Part shown: in pieces, positions 17,925 through 27,304 of the stretch
Layout: the number at the start of each line of letters is the position of its first letter
Position numbering within the stretch: the stretch's first letter is position 1
The notes under the pieces: generated by a model
The model's input: the letters and a program-made list of their open reading frames with translations, nothing else
Told to the model about the DNA's origin: nothing
The model's database searches: none
From: Mycolicibacterium smegmatis
Lineage (GTDB): Bacteria; Actinomycetota; Actinomycetes; Mycobacteriales; Mycobacteriaceae
Reading direction: 5' to 3'
Length of the DNA stretch: 32,000 nt
Assembly (NCBI RefSeq): GCF_001457595.1
Contig: NZ_LN831039.1
Coordinates: 1,380,001-1,412,000 of the forward strand
Program-made: the position numbers and the translations under genes

Positions 17925-19879
17925 AGGGTGGGGGAGACAAAGCGCTGGAACTCGAGGATGAGCGGACAGCGCAGAAGAAGTACAGGAACATCCTGCGCGA
18001 ACGTGCCTCAACACCACCTGTCTTCGACGGGCCCGCGAACGCGAATTGGACTCGTAGTGGTGTGCCCAAAGCTCCCAAAGCGGGTGACGGCGAACTCATT
18101 GGCCGCGTAGCGCTAGTGCGGTCGGATGACGAAGTGCTGGACGGAGGCGCCGACTTCTACATCGGTGAAACACACGCGAAGATCAACGATGTCAATGTCT
18201 TTGGGTGGTCGAACCCAATCGCGTGCACCTTCTTCCGAGGATCGGACCATCACTACCTGTGCGAACAGGTCGCCGTAGTCCGGTCATTTCATGTCCGCGA
18301 CCGCCATATCGTCGACTTCAGTGACGAGGTGGTGCGCACTGATGCTCCTGCGAAGCCGTTCAGGAAACAGGGACTCTCTGTCCCTGCTCCGCCGCGACCG
18401 CCGAAGGTGCCCCGCCCCCGTCCTGCCCACCCCGATGCAAAGCAGTCGGAAACCGTCGAGGACGAAATCCGGCACCCGGCTATCGCAGAATCGTCGACAC
18501 CGACCCAGCCTGGTCCCAGTGACCAGTCGGCTGAGTTGCCTCCCGTTCGGGCGGAGGAGTTGCTTCGACAGCGCCTCAGTGCGCCGCGGACGAGAAGCCT
18601 TGCGCCTGTGCTCAGTACGCTGCAGCCTGACCAGTATGACCTGGTAACCATCCCCGCCATGGACAGCGTGATCATCGAAGGCCAACCTGGTACCGGCAAG
18701 ACCATCGTGGCATCACACAGGGCCGCGTACCTGGTCAACGACGAGACACCACCTGAGAACACGCTGGATGGAACAGTACTTGTCGTCGGCCCAACGGAGG
18801 GCTACTCCCGTCACGTGCGTGACGTGATCGATCGTTTGGCTGGACCCACCGATCGGATCAAGGTGATGTCGTTGCCCGAACTGATAAACCACATAATCGG
18901 AGTGGCCCAGCCGGCACGTTCTCTTTACTCTCAGACTTGGCAGGATGTCGACTGGCGGCTGGTGCGGTTCGCGCGCCTGGCGCTTAGGAGATTAAAGGCC
19001 GCGAACGAGTGGACACCGACGCCGGAACGCGTCTACGAATACGTTCGGAGAAATGCGGCAGACATCGCCTCGGAGGGCGAGTGGTCTCGCTATCTTCTGC
19101 ACCTGCCACCGTATAAGGAGGCGATTAAGGATGGGATTCACGGTCCACTCGTGGCCTTCATCCACTGGGAGGTCTCAAAGCCTCGCGATCTGGTCCAGGT
19201 CGAGCATGTCATCGTCGATGAAGCCCAGGACGTGACCTCCCTTGAGTGGCTGTTGTTGGACGAGATCAACGAAGCGGATGCCTGGACGATTCTCGGAGAC
19301 TTGAATCAGCGGCGGTCCGACCATACGCTCACCAGCTGGTCGCAAGTCCTGGAGGTCATCGCGATAGACCCGGATACGCCGATCCATCGGATGAAGCGGG
19401 GGTATCGGTCGACCAAGCCTATTCTTGAGTTCGGGAATCGGTTGCTCCCCCGTGATCAGCGTAAGTCCTACGCGTTTCAGCAGATTGGTCCGGAGCCGCG
19501 GGTGCTCAGGGTGTCAGGCCGGGATCTGCCAGGGGCGACTGTCGATGAAGTTGAGCGTCTACTCGGTGATTACGAGAAGGGAACGGTGGCTGTGATCTGC
19601 ACGTCGCCAGACCAGATTACCAAGGTGTTGCGCACCCGAGGGTGGGCTAGGTCGACGGACGATGCCGTTGCGTGGGAACGGACGCCGCGCCGAGTGACGG
19701 TCAGCGTGATTGATGAAGCCCGCGGATTGGAGTTCGATGCCGTGGTTGTCGTCGAGCCGTCAGACTTTCAGGGCAACCTCGGGCGCCAAGGGCCGCTGTA
19801 TACCGCATTGACGCGCGCGAACCGAGAGCTCGTGGTCATTCACTCGAAATCTTTGCCTGAACGGTTGCGGAAGCGCTGA
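17921..19879 (+). CDS. HelD/UvrD-like SF1 helicase (DNA helicase IV-like)
   Basis: 652 aa; overlaps the upstream gene by ATGA. Motifs VIIEGQPGTGKTIVASHRAAYL, VEHVIVDEAQDVTSLEW, TILGDLNQ, MKRGYRSTKPI, VSVIDEARGLEFDAVVVVEP, LYTALTRANRELVVIHS; N-terminal FYIGETHAKINDVNVFGWSNPIACTFFRG resembles the HelD VVDWRAPxxxxFYRA region. Confidence 0.9.
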   Translation: MKGGGDKALELEDERTAQKKYRNILRERASTPPVFDGPANANWTRSGVPKAPKAGDGELIGRVALVRSDDEVLDGGADFYIGETHAKINDVNVFGWSNPIACTFFRGSDHHYLCEQVAVVRSFHVRDRHIVDFSDEVVRTDAPAKPFRKQGLSVPAPPRPPKVPRPRPAHPDAKQSETVEDEIRHPAIAESSTPTQPGPSDQSAELPPVRAEELLRQRLSAPRTRSLAPVLSTLQPDQYDLVTIPAMDSVIIEGQPGTGKTIVASHRAAYLVNDETPPENTLDGTVLVVGPTEGYSRHVRDVIDRLAGPTDRIKVMSLPELINHIIGVAQPARSLYSQTWQDVDWRLVRFARLALRRLKAANEWTPTPERVYEYVRRNAADIASEGEWSRYLLHLPPYKEAIKDGIHGPLVAFIHWEVSKPRDLVQVEHVIVDEAQDVTSLEWLLLDEINEADAWTILGDLNQRRSDHTLTSWSQVLEVIAIDPDTPIHRMKRGYRSTKPILEFGNRLLPRDQRKSYAFQQIGPEPRVLRVSGRDLPGATVDEVERLLGDYEKGTVAVICTSPDQITKVLRTRGWARSTDDAVAWERTPRRVTVSVIDEARGLEFDAVVVVEPSDFQGNLGRQGPLYTALTRANRELVVIHSKSLPERLRKR

Positions 19880-20276
19880 TCGGCATCGTCTTTTCCCATG
19901 ATGACCGTTTGGCCTCAGTCATTAGAGCCAAAGCCGTTGACGCGCAGCTCGTCGACGTCGTTCGACGTGCCGGCTCCGAAGTTACGAGCCGTCTGAACTC
20001 GGATCCATCCTTCTGCCAAGGCGCGAATTTCGATCGCGTATCCGGTGCCCGTTGGGCTGATCTGCCAAGGTTCGATTCGCCGGTCGCGGAGGTCGGCTGC
20101 GTCGGGGGAACGTTCTTGTCGATGTACTCGATTGCGTCGTCGGGTTTGAAGCCGACTTCTGTCCACTTCTGCGCAACGGCCAGTGGTACGTCTGCGTCGG
20201 TGAGCGTCTGGGCGTCGACAGTGAAGAATCCTGGGCGCAGCCATTCGGTCGTGCCGGTTTGAGGTGAATTGGCGGT
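19836..20276 (-). CDS. Hypothetical protein, possibly degraded
   Basis: Frame contains MTANSPQTGTTEWLRPGFFTVDAQTLTDADVPLAVAQKWTEVGFKPDDAIEYIDKNVPP, which reads like real coding sequence; the C-terminal half is low complexity and overlaps the end of the helicase gene convergently. Confidence 0.35.
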   Translation of the reverse strand, partial: TANSPQTGTTEWLRPGFFTVDAQTLTDADVPLAVAQKWTEVGFKPDDAIEYIDKNVPPTQPTSATGESNLGRSAQRAPDTRSKFAPWQKDGSEFRRLVTSEPARRTTSTSCASTALALMTEAKRSSWEKTMPISASATVQAKISSE

Positions 20277-20591
20277 CATGTGGTCGGTGTGTGCCAAGGG
20301 ATAACAAGCCGCCGTCGGATCTTGGCAGGCCCCCGTATTGTCCGGCGAATGCCGATGATCCACTGTCGGATTGTGGACCTAACTGCCGCTCAACCGGAAC
20401 GACTGCCAGGAATTGCCGGTACCAAAGGGAGAAGCGAAGGGTCACAGTGTTGTGCTGTACTGCGTGTCGTGTTCGGCGCAGCGCAGTCCGGAATTCCCCT
20501 CATCCTCGAGCTCGTCGGGATACCGCTCCGCCAAAGGTTCGGTGAGGGTAGAAGAAAAAGGATATCTTCCGGGGTGAATGTGGACGAGTAA

Positions 20592-22886
20592 TTGGGTTCA
20601 GAGGAGGCGGACTTGACCGAAGCTCAGGTCGGAACGTTCGCGCGAAAAGCAGCGGTGGCCGTCGAAGCGGTCGGTCGGCAGCTCATCGAGGTGGGATTTG
20701 GTAGTGATGGTTCACTTCTGACTCCGGGTAAACCCGTGTGGACGACGGCGAACTTGGACGCACTTGCGCGGGATTACGTCGACAAGCCCGACACCGGGGG
20801 CGGCGGGTTCTTCGACAAGCTGAGCCACCAACTCGCCGGCGCCTCACCCGCGGTGGTGCAACTGTTCGCGGAGCTGCTGATCCTGAACGTGCTGCCGATC
20901 ATCAACGTCGGTGGCCCGCTCAAGGTAAAGCAGGTTCGGAGTGTCCTCGAGATGAGCAGCGAGCCGGTGGCCCTGCCGAGTGACGTCGAAGCCGCGCTAC
21001 TCGGTGGCGGAGTATTCCACGGTGGCCAAGCTTTCACCAGCTATCGGTGGGCGCAGCTCGCCTACCTCATCGAACTTGCGCGCCACCTCAAATCCCTTCC
21101 CGAGCAACGGCGGACTGAAGCGCTTGCTGACCCGCTGGTCTTCCGCGGCGAGGTTGGTGCGGTGCCGACCGGCCAGGGAGCGCAGCGGCAGTCCCTGTTG
21201 TACCTGGCTTTCCCGCACTTTTTCCTACCCGTTGTGAAAACCGAGCACCGCACGGCGCTGCGTGATGCATTCGCCGACGACTACCTCACCGATCCCTCGG
21301 GTGACGTGGACATCGACCTGGCGCGCATCTACGGCGCCATCACCGAGGCCGAGGGTGGGCACGTCGATCTATACGCCGAACCGTGGATTGACCGCTGGCA
21401 GAAGCCGTCGTCGCCGGGTCCCGAACCCACGGATAAGGTGCGACACGCGTGGAAAGTGCACGGCACCAACGTCAAAGGCCAGGACATGGTGCCGACCTGG
21501 CGGGCCAAGCAGTCGGTGTCCCTAGCGGCCAGCCTGCTGCGGCCCATTGACCCCGACGTAACCCGGGAGGAACTGAAGGCCTTCGTCGACGAGGACTACC
21601 GGTCGTCGGGTTATGCGGCTCGCCAGGAGAAGTTCGATGAGTTCTACACGTTCCTCAAGCGGATGCATCCCGACGACCTGGTGGTGACCGTCAGCCAGGG
21701 AATGGTGCACTTCGGGACCGTCACCGGGCCGGCCGAGTTCACCCCGAGCAGTGACGGGAGGTCGAACCTGCGTCGCTCGGTCAGATGGTTTGAGAATCCC
21801 TGCCCGTGGCCCGACATTCCCAGCGACATCGCTGCCCGTCTCAGTGCGCAGGGCGAGGTCCTCGACCTCAGTCAGCACCTGGAACAACTGCTGGCCCTGG
21901 CCGAACACAGACCGCAGCGACCCGGGCCAGCCGAGGCCCACCTGCCCAACGCCACCCAGGAGTTGGCCGACCGAATCCACGTCGGGTTGGACTGGCTGCA
22001 GGACTGCGTCGATCTGCTGCGGGAGCGCCGCCAGATCATCTTCTACGGTCCACCCGGAACCGGAAAGACCTACATCGCACAACAACTCGCCTGGCACGTC
22101 ACCGACAAGCCGAACGTCAAACTCGTCCAGTTCCACCCGGCCTACTCCTACGAGGACTTCTTCGAGGGCTTCCGACCGCAGGGCGAGGCGGGTGGGCAGA
22201 TCGGGTTCACCCTGAAGGCCGGCCCCCTGCGCTCGCTGGTCGACAAGGCCGCGCAGAATCCCGAAGCGGCCTACGTGCTCATCATCGACGAGATCAACCG
22301 CGGCAATCTGCCGAAGATCTTCGGCGAGTTGTACTTCCTGCTGGAGTACCGCGACCAGGCCATCGACCTAATGTACTCCTCCGACAGCGCCGAACCGTTC
22401 TCGCTGCCCAAGAACATCTTCGTGATCGGCACCATGAACACCGCCGACCGCTCCATTGCCCTGGTCGACGCCGCCCTGCGTCGGCGCTTCGCCTTCCTCC
22501 CGTTACACCCTTCGGAGGTGCCCACCCGCGGCATCCTGCGCCGCTGGCTAATAGCCAACGGATACGACACAAGGCTGGCCAACCTGCACGACGAACTCAA
22601 CTCCCGGATCAGCGACACCGACTTCAAGATCGGCCCTTCGTACTTCATGCGGAAGAAGATCACGACCGACCCCACCGGCAAGGCCCTAGAACTCATGTGG
22701 CGCACCGACATTCTGCCGCTGCTCGAGGAACACCACTTCGGGGACCGCAACATCGACGTCCCCGGCCGATACGGGCTAGCCGTGCTGCGCAAGAGCCTGG
22801 CCGCCAAGTCTGCGGTCGCGATCGACGACGAGTTGGCCGTACTTAATTCCGCTGACGACAATGCCGACACCGCTGATCCTCACTGA
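20592..22886 (+). CDS. mcrB: McrB-like AAA+ GTPase/ATPase subunit of an McrBC-type restriction system
   Basis: IIFYGPPGTGKTYIAQQLAWHVT, LVQFHPAYSYEDFFEGFRP, YVLIIDEINRGNLPKIFGELYFLLEYRD, NIFVIGTMNTADRSIALVDAALRRRFAF. Track start is a TTG; a nearby downstream TTG (MTEAQVGTF) is also possible. Confidence 0.92.
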   Translation: MGSEEADLTEAQVGTFARKAAVAVEAVGRQLIEVGFGSDGSLLTPGKPVWTTANLDALARDYVDKPDTGGGGFFDKLSHQLAGASPAVVQLFAELLILNVLPIINVGGPLKVKQVRSVLEMSSEPVALPSDVEAALLGGGVFHGGQAFTSYRWAQLAYLIELARHLKSLPEQRRTEALADPLVFRGEVGAVPTGQGAQRQSLLYLAFPHFFLPVVKTEHRTALRDAFADDYLTDPSGDVDIDLARIYGAITEAEGGHVDLYAEPWIDRWQKPSSPGPEPTDKVRHAWKVHGTNVKGQDMVPTWRAKQSVSLAASLLRPIDPDVTREELKAFVDEDYRSSGYAARQEKFDEFYTFLKRMHPDDLVVTVSQGMVHFGTVTGPAEFTPSSDGRSNLRRSVRWFENPCPWPDIPSDIAARLSAQGEVLDLSQHLEQLLALAEHRPQRPGPAEAHLPNATQELADRIHVGLDWLQDCVDLLRERRQIIFYGPPGTGKTYIAQQLAWHVTDKPNVKLVQFHPAYSYEDFFEGFRPQGEAGGQIGFTLKAGPLRSLVDKAAQNPEAAYVLIIDEINRGNLPKIFGELYFLLEYRDQAIDLMYSSDSAEPFSLPKNIFVIGTMNTADRSIALVDAALRRRFAFLPLHPSEVPTRGILRRWLIANGYDTRLANLHDELNSRISDTDFKIGPSYFMRKKITTDPTGKALELMWRTDILPLLEEHHFGDRNIDVPGRYGLAVLRKSLAAKSAVAIDDELAVLNSADDNADTADPH

Positions 22887-24063
22887 GGGAGGCCCAGCCC
22901 AGACCGTCGCACTCACCGGTGCGGAGTACCGCGCACTCAACGATCTGGGCATCGCCACCGTCACCCCGACGCTCGACGACGGACACTTCGACATCGTCGC
23001 CGCACGCAAGGTGGGCGCCGTCACCGTCGGGAACCACCAGATCATCGTGCGCCCGAAGATCACCAACCTGAATCGGGTGCTGTTCATGCTGGGCTACGCC
23101 CGAAACCCGCAGATCTGGCGCGACGAACCCATCCGGGTGGAGGCCGCCGACGAACTGCTGCCCGCGGTCGCGGAGGCATTCTCCCGCATCGCCAGCCACG
23201 CTGTGGAACAGGGCCTGCTACAGGGATACCGGACCATCACCGACGCACTCCCGGTGCTGCGCGGACGGGTCTTGGCCGGCGAGCAGATGAGCCGGCGCTA
23301 CGGACTACCGGTGCCCATCGCCGTCCAGTACGACGACTTCACCGTCGACATCGCCGAGAACCAATTGCTGGCGATGGCAACGCTGCGCCTGCTGACCGTG
23401 CCACGGATCAGCGACCCAGCACGACGATCACTGCAGCGGCTGCGCCGCACGCTGGGAGAGGTCTCGGTGCCACCGCCGGGAACGCCGACACCGCGGTGGC
23501 ACCCGAGTCGTCTCAACGTCCGCTACCACGCCGCACTGCGGCTTGCCGAGATCATTCTGGCGGCCGAATCCTTCGAACACCGCATCGGTAACGTGACGGT
23601 CACCGGATACATGTTCGACATGTGGAAGATCTTCGAAGATTTCGTCACCACCGCACTGTCGGAGTCGTTGAACCGCCTCGGCTGGCGATGCCAGCCGCAG
23701 GCGCCGTTGTATCTGGACGAGCAACGCCGCGTCGGCATGCAGCCCGACCTGCTGTGCCGGTACGACGACTCGAGGGTCGCGGTGGTCGATGCAAAGTACA
23801 AAGCGGAGCGGCCCGAGGGGTTCCCGAATGCCGACCTCTACCAGATGTTGGCCTATTGCACCGTGCTCAGCCTGCCTGAAGGTCATCTGATCTACGCCAA
23901 AGGGAACGAGAAAGGCAGGGTGCACACTGTGCAGCGGTCTGGTGTCACGATCCATTGTCGGGCACTGGATTTAGGGTTGGATCCGGCTGCGTTGTTGCGG
24001 CAGGTCGACCAGCTGGCCGTCCGAATAGCTAAGACAGGTGCGCTCGCAGATAGGAAGGAATAG
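22861..24063 (+). CDS. mcrC: McrC-like PD-(D/E)xK nuclease subunit
   Basis: 400 aa; overlaps mcrB by 26 nt. NLNRVLFMLGYA, LRGRVLAGEQMSRRYGLPVPIAVQYDDFTVDIAENQLLAMA, MFDMWKIFEDFV, GMQPDLLCRYDDSRVAVVDAKYK, NADLYQMLAYCT. Confidence 0.93.
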   Translation: MPTPLILTEGGPAQTVALTGAEYRALNDLGIATVTPTLDDGHFDIVAARKVGAVTVGNHQIIVRPKITNLNRVLFMLGYARNPQIWRDEPIRVEAADELLPAVAEAFSRIASHAVEQGLLQGYRTITDALPVLRGRVLAGEQMSRRYGLPVPIAVQYDDFTVDIAENQLLAMATLRLLTVPRISDPARRSLQRLRRTLGEVSVPPPGTPTPRWHPSRLNVRYHAALRLAEIILAAESFEHRIGNVTVTGYMFDMWKIFEDFVTTALSESLNRLGWRCQPQAPLYLDEQRRVGMQPDLLCRYDDSRVAVVDAKYKAERPEGFPNADLYQMLAYCTVLSLPEGHLIYAKGNEKGRVHTVQRSGVTIHCRALDLGLDPAALLRQVDQLAVRIAKTGALADRKE

Positions 24064-24066
24064 GAA

Positions 24067-24774
24067 GTGGCCGAAGGAACAGCGTTCCGGCTCGACACCG
24101 TCGATATCGCAGTCGAGTCAGGCTGGCGATTTGAGCACACCAGTCGGATCGACGAATTCAACAAGGACGGCGTGGTCGTCACGGTGCACTACTCGGCGGA
24201 CGACGACATCACCAGCCTCACCAGATCGGGCAAGCGCAACGAGGACGAGGTTTACGGGCACGACTCAGCAGGAAAGCATGAGCGGCTGTGGATCTGGTTG
24301 ACGGGACGAGCGACTTGCGCCGCCAAGCCGGTGCCGTCCAACACATTTTCCATCGAGTATGGACAGGAGCCCGGTGGCTGGACGCTTGACGAATTCATTG
24401 AGGCGGTCGAACATCCGAGCGACCGTGCCTTCCTGATGCGATTGCTGGAGTTGGTGGCTGCAAATAGCCAGCTTCCCCGGCTGGGGCCGAAGAAACCTCT
24501 CGTTTTCGGAAAGAGGCCCGGTGGAGCAATGTTCGTCTATCCGTTTGGGCGTAGGCATCCGCCATTCAAGTTTTTCGTGAAGAACGGCCAACTGTCGATT
24601 GCAGGTTGTTGGACCGGATTTCCAGCAGTGAAAGGACATCGAGGTTTCGCAGCGCTGGCATCGATGCTTGACCTCGATGAGTGCGGTCCCGCGACGGCGG
24701 TTCCTGTCGCGGGTCTCGATGCGGACGAGATTTGGAAAGTCGGCGAGGCGGTCTCGCAAGCGATCAATACGTGA
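24067..24774 (+). CDS. Hypothetical protein coupled to McrC
   Basis: 235 aa; GTG start 3 nt after the mcrC stop, preceded by gataggaaggaatagga. No recognised domain. Confidence 0.82.
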   Translation: MAEGTAFRLDTVDIAVESGWRFEHTSRIDEFNKDGVVVTVHYSADDDITSLTRSGKRNEDEVYGHDSAGKHERLWIWLTGRATCAAKPVPSNTFSIEYGQEPGGWTLDEFIEAVEHPSDRAFLMRLLELVAANSQLPRLGPKKPLVFGKRPGGAMFVYPFGRRHPPFKFFVKNGQLSIAGCWTGFPAVKGHRGFAALASMLDLDECGPATAVPVAGLDADEIWKVGEAVSQAINT

Positions 24775-25252
24775 AAACACGCGAGTTATCACAGGGAAGG
24801 CGGACAACGATTTCTGGTCGGCCGCGGCCCCTCGAGGCTAGGTCCCGGGCCGGCTCGCCGAACGGCCATGGCGCGAAAAGAACCCACCACGTTGAGCGCC
24901 AGCCGTGGTTTCGGCCATGCATAGATACGATCTTCGTTGGCAACAGACTTGAGTTCTGTTCGGGCATTTACGACGAAATCGCGCACGATCGGGGCGAATA
25001 CGGAGAAGTCGGAAGAGTCACCGACCTGCCCAACGTTCCCCAACCATATCTGGGGTTCGTTCTTTCTCGGCGGGAGGGCGAGTACGTGTTCGGTTCCCCA
25101 CGTCTGCGGATTTCGTGGCGTCGCCCTTCGAAAAGACCACGCCACGGCGCCTCGATTGTGAAGTGATGTCCGTAGGAACCAGAGCCGCATCGCACGCGAT
25201 CTTCGTGAGATCTCCGTTGATGATGAAGACATGCCCGCTCACGGGCGAAAGG

Positions 25253-25792
25253 TTAAACAACGCGCCCGTGATGTGAAAGAGGTATGGCGAGGATCGGCGG
25301 ATACCGCAGGACCGCACGGGGATCAAGGCCGTCGTAGAGCACGCCCTTGATACGACCGTCGATCACCTCTGCGAGATGACGATCCAGCGCCTGAACTCGG
25401 TGCGGCGGCAGGGGAGCAGAAGGTGGCAGGAGCACCTCACACAGGGCGTCCACCGACTGCCCAGTGGTGGCGTGTCGCTCCATCGCCACGTCGTAGGCGG
25501 TGCGTCCCCGAGAGTCCGTCTGCGTGCGCAGCGCCCCGCGGTCAATCAGTTCCTGCGCGACCTCGGCGGAGACACCGTGCCACGCGGCCTGGTGCAGCAC
25601 CGTGAACCACGTGGTCCCGCCGGGTCGCCACCAGTTGACCTGTGCGTCTTCATCGAGCATCCGGAACACCGTCGACCATTCGCCCATCTTCGCCGCGTCG
25701 GCCAGACGGTGACCGGCTGCGACGACGGAGTCGATCAGTTGGGCCGGATTCAACACGCCGTTCCACACGAAGTCTCCACCATCGTCAGCCAT
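25253..25792 (-). CDS. Ankyrin-repeat protein
   Basis: 179 aa; LADAAKMGEWSTVFRMLDEDAQVNWWRPGGTTWFTVLHQAAWHGVSAEVAQELIDRGALRTQTDSRGRTAYDVAMERH; overlaps the upstream gene by 8 nt. Confidence 0.85.
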   Translation of the reverse strand: MADDGGDFVWNGVLNPAQLIDSVVAAGHRLADAAKMGEWSTVFRMLDEDAQVNWWRPGGTTWFTVLHQAAWHGVSAEVAQELIDRGALRTQTDSRGRTAYDVAMERHATTGQSVDALCEVLLPPSAPLPPHRVQALDRHLAEVIDGRIKGVLYDGLDPRAVLRYPPILAIPLSHHGRVV

Positions 25793-27236
25793 GGCGCGGT
25801 GTCCCTTCGCTCAGCAGGTTCACATTTCCCAACCGGCGCAACGCGTTGCGGAACACCGGATTCGGATTCGCGTGTGGTAGCGCAGCCAAGACATCTCGCA
25901 GTGCGTCCGCAACGTCGATGTTGCGCAGACGCGCACCGTAGAGCGCCGCGACGGTGGGGGTACGGCTGTGCGCCTCGACGCAGTGCAACAACACCGTCCG
26001 CCCCTCCGCGCGCAACTGCTCGACCGCGCGCACGGCGTCGGTCAGCACGAAGTCCAAGTGCGGATTCTCGTCCGGGTCCGGGCTGTCGATCAAACGAACC
26101 TCGACATGCGGTATGCCCTGGGGGACATCCTCATCGGCGACGCGGCACAGCGACACCACCGCATCAACCCCCGGCGGCAGGTCGCGCAGGACACCGACGC
26201 CGCCGAGGAGAACACGCGGATCGTGCGGGTGGGCGGCAAGGGTGTCGATCCGCAAACCCGAGTAGACCGGCTCGCGGCTTGGCCCGCCCTTGCGGACAAT
26301 GGCATTCGACAGCGCGACCAGATCTCGTGCGGTGAAGCCTGGCCATCCATGCAGCATCCGGCGCCATTCGAGCGGCACTGCGGAGGCGCCGTACGCCGCA
26401 CCGAGCAGACCCCCGGCGATGGCGGCAACGGTGTCGGTGTCGTGACCGCATCGGACCGCGGCATCGAGTCCGAGGCGCAGATGCTCGGCGCGGGATGTTT
26501 CGACGAGTTTCAGCGTCGTGGTGATCGCCGACCACGCCGCCTGCAGCGCCGCGACCACCCAGCCGTTGTTGGCGAAGTCCGACGGACGCGCGGACTCTGC
26601 CTGCTCGATCCGATCGGACCAGAGCTTACGGCGATCGGCATCGAGGTGGTGGAGCCCGACCCGAACATCGAGCTCGGTGGTCAGCACCGCATGGCGAATG
26701 GCGCACGACCACAGCACCGCAGCATCGCCGGCGTCGGAGTCGAAATGGGTGAGCCCGCTGATCGCTCGAGCAGCGGCCACAAGCGCATCCTCGTTGTCGA
26801 GGTAGGCCAGCGCTACCGGCGCCGTCCGCATCAATGAACCGTTGCCCGCAGTGCGGCCGGTCTGCTCATGCAATGCCTCGGACGACGCGCGGGCCCGTGC
26901 CGCCGTGATGTCATCGCCGCGGGCGGCGCTGGACAGCACCGATCGGGTCTGGATCCCGACATCCTTGGCGCGTAGGGACCATTCGTACCACCGGGCCACG
27001 ATTGCGTCCTGGGCCGCTTCGTCGCGCAGATCGGCGCCGGTGGCGGCAACCTCGGCGATCGCGATCGCCATGTCGGTGTCGTCGGTCCATTCGCCGGGCT
27101 CCCATTGCCTGCCGCCCACCATTTCCACGGGCAGCTCGGGACCGCGTGCCGGCTGGAACTCGTACGGTGCGCCGAGCGCATCACCGGTTGCCGTGCCCAG
27201 CAGGACGCCCTCGATCCGATCATTCATCGATGCCAT
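25785..27236 (-). CDS. ADP-ribosylglycohydrolase (DraG-like) fused to dual-specificity/tyrosine phosphatase-like domain
   Basis: MNDRIEGVLLGTATGDALGAPYEF, GEWTDDTDMAIAIAE, CGHDTDTVAAIAGGLLGAAYGA; C-terminal TVLLHCVEAHSRTPTVAALYGARL (HCx5R). The ATG at 27236 has agaaggtgg upstream and is preferred over the track start 27284. Confidence 0.92.
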   Translation of the reverse strand: MASMNDRIEGVLLGTATGDALGAPYEFQPARGPELPVEMVGGRQWEPGEWTDDTDMAIAIAEVAATGADLRDEAAQDAIVARWYEWSLRAKDVGIQTRSVLSSAARGDDITAARARASSEALHEQTGRTAGNGSLMRTAPVALAYLDNEDALVAAARAISGLTHFDSDAGDAAVLWSCAIRHAVLTTELDVRVGLHHLDADRRKLWSDRIEQAESARPSDFANNGWVVAALQAAWSAITTTLKLVETSRAEHLRLGLDAAVRCGHDTDTVAAIAGGLLGAAYGASAVPLEWRRMLHGWPGFTARDLVALSNAIVRKGGPSREPVYSGLRIDTLAAHPHDPRVLLGGVGVLRDLPPGVDAVVSLCRVADEDVPQGIPHVEVRLIDSPDPDENPHLDFVLTDAVRAVEQLRAEGRTVLLHCVEAHSRTPTVAALYGARLRNIDVADALRDVLAALPHANPNPVFRNALRRLGNVNLLSEGTPRHG

Positions 27237-27253
27237 CGCCACCACCTTCTCTA

Positions 27254-27285
27254 TTTTGCGCAAAATTGCGCTAATTGCTGGCAAC
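27254..27285. promoter_or_regulatory. Palindromic/iterated intergenic element, candidate operator of the divergent Nudix-wHTH regulator
   Basis: TTTTGCGCAAAA perfect palindrome (27254-27265), TTGCGC repeated at 27256 and 27266 (10-bp phase), and TTGCTGGCAA (27276-27285), all between divergent genes. Confidence 0.55.
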
Positions 27286-27304
27286 TGTACGCTGGCATAC
27301 CGAC

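Noticed and set aside
20264-20591. Short overlapping ORFs upstream of mcrB (20264-20545, 20280-20591)
   Set aside because: Low-complexity translations in alternative frames of an intergenic region; no motif or ribosome binding site support.
21806-22846. 346-aa plus-strand ORF inside mcrB
   Set aside because: Alternative frame over the McrB AAA+ domain; Arg-rich translation is characteristic of a shadow frame.
24681-25232. Overlapping ORFs on both strands between the McrC-linked gene and the ankyrin gene (24681-25166 +, 24789-25232 -)
   Set aside because: Neither has a convincing start, motif or operon placement; could be a gene remnant but the sequence alone does not support a call.
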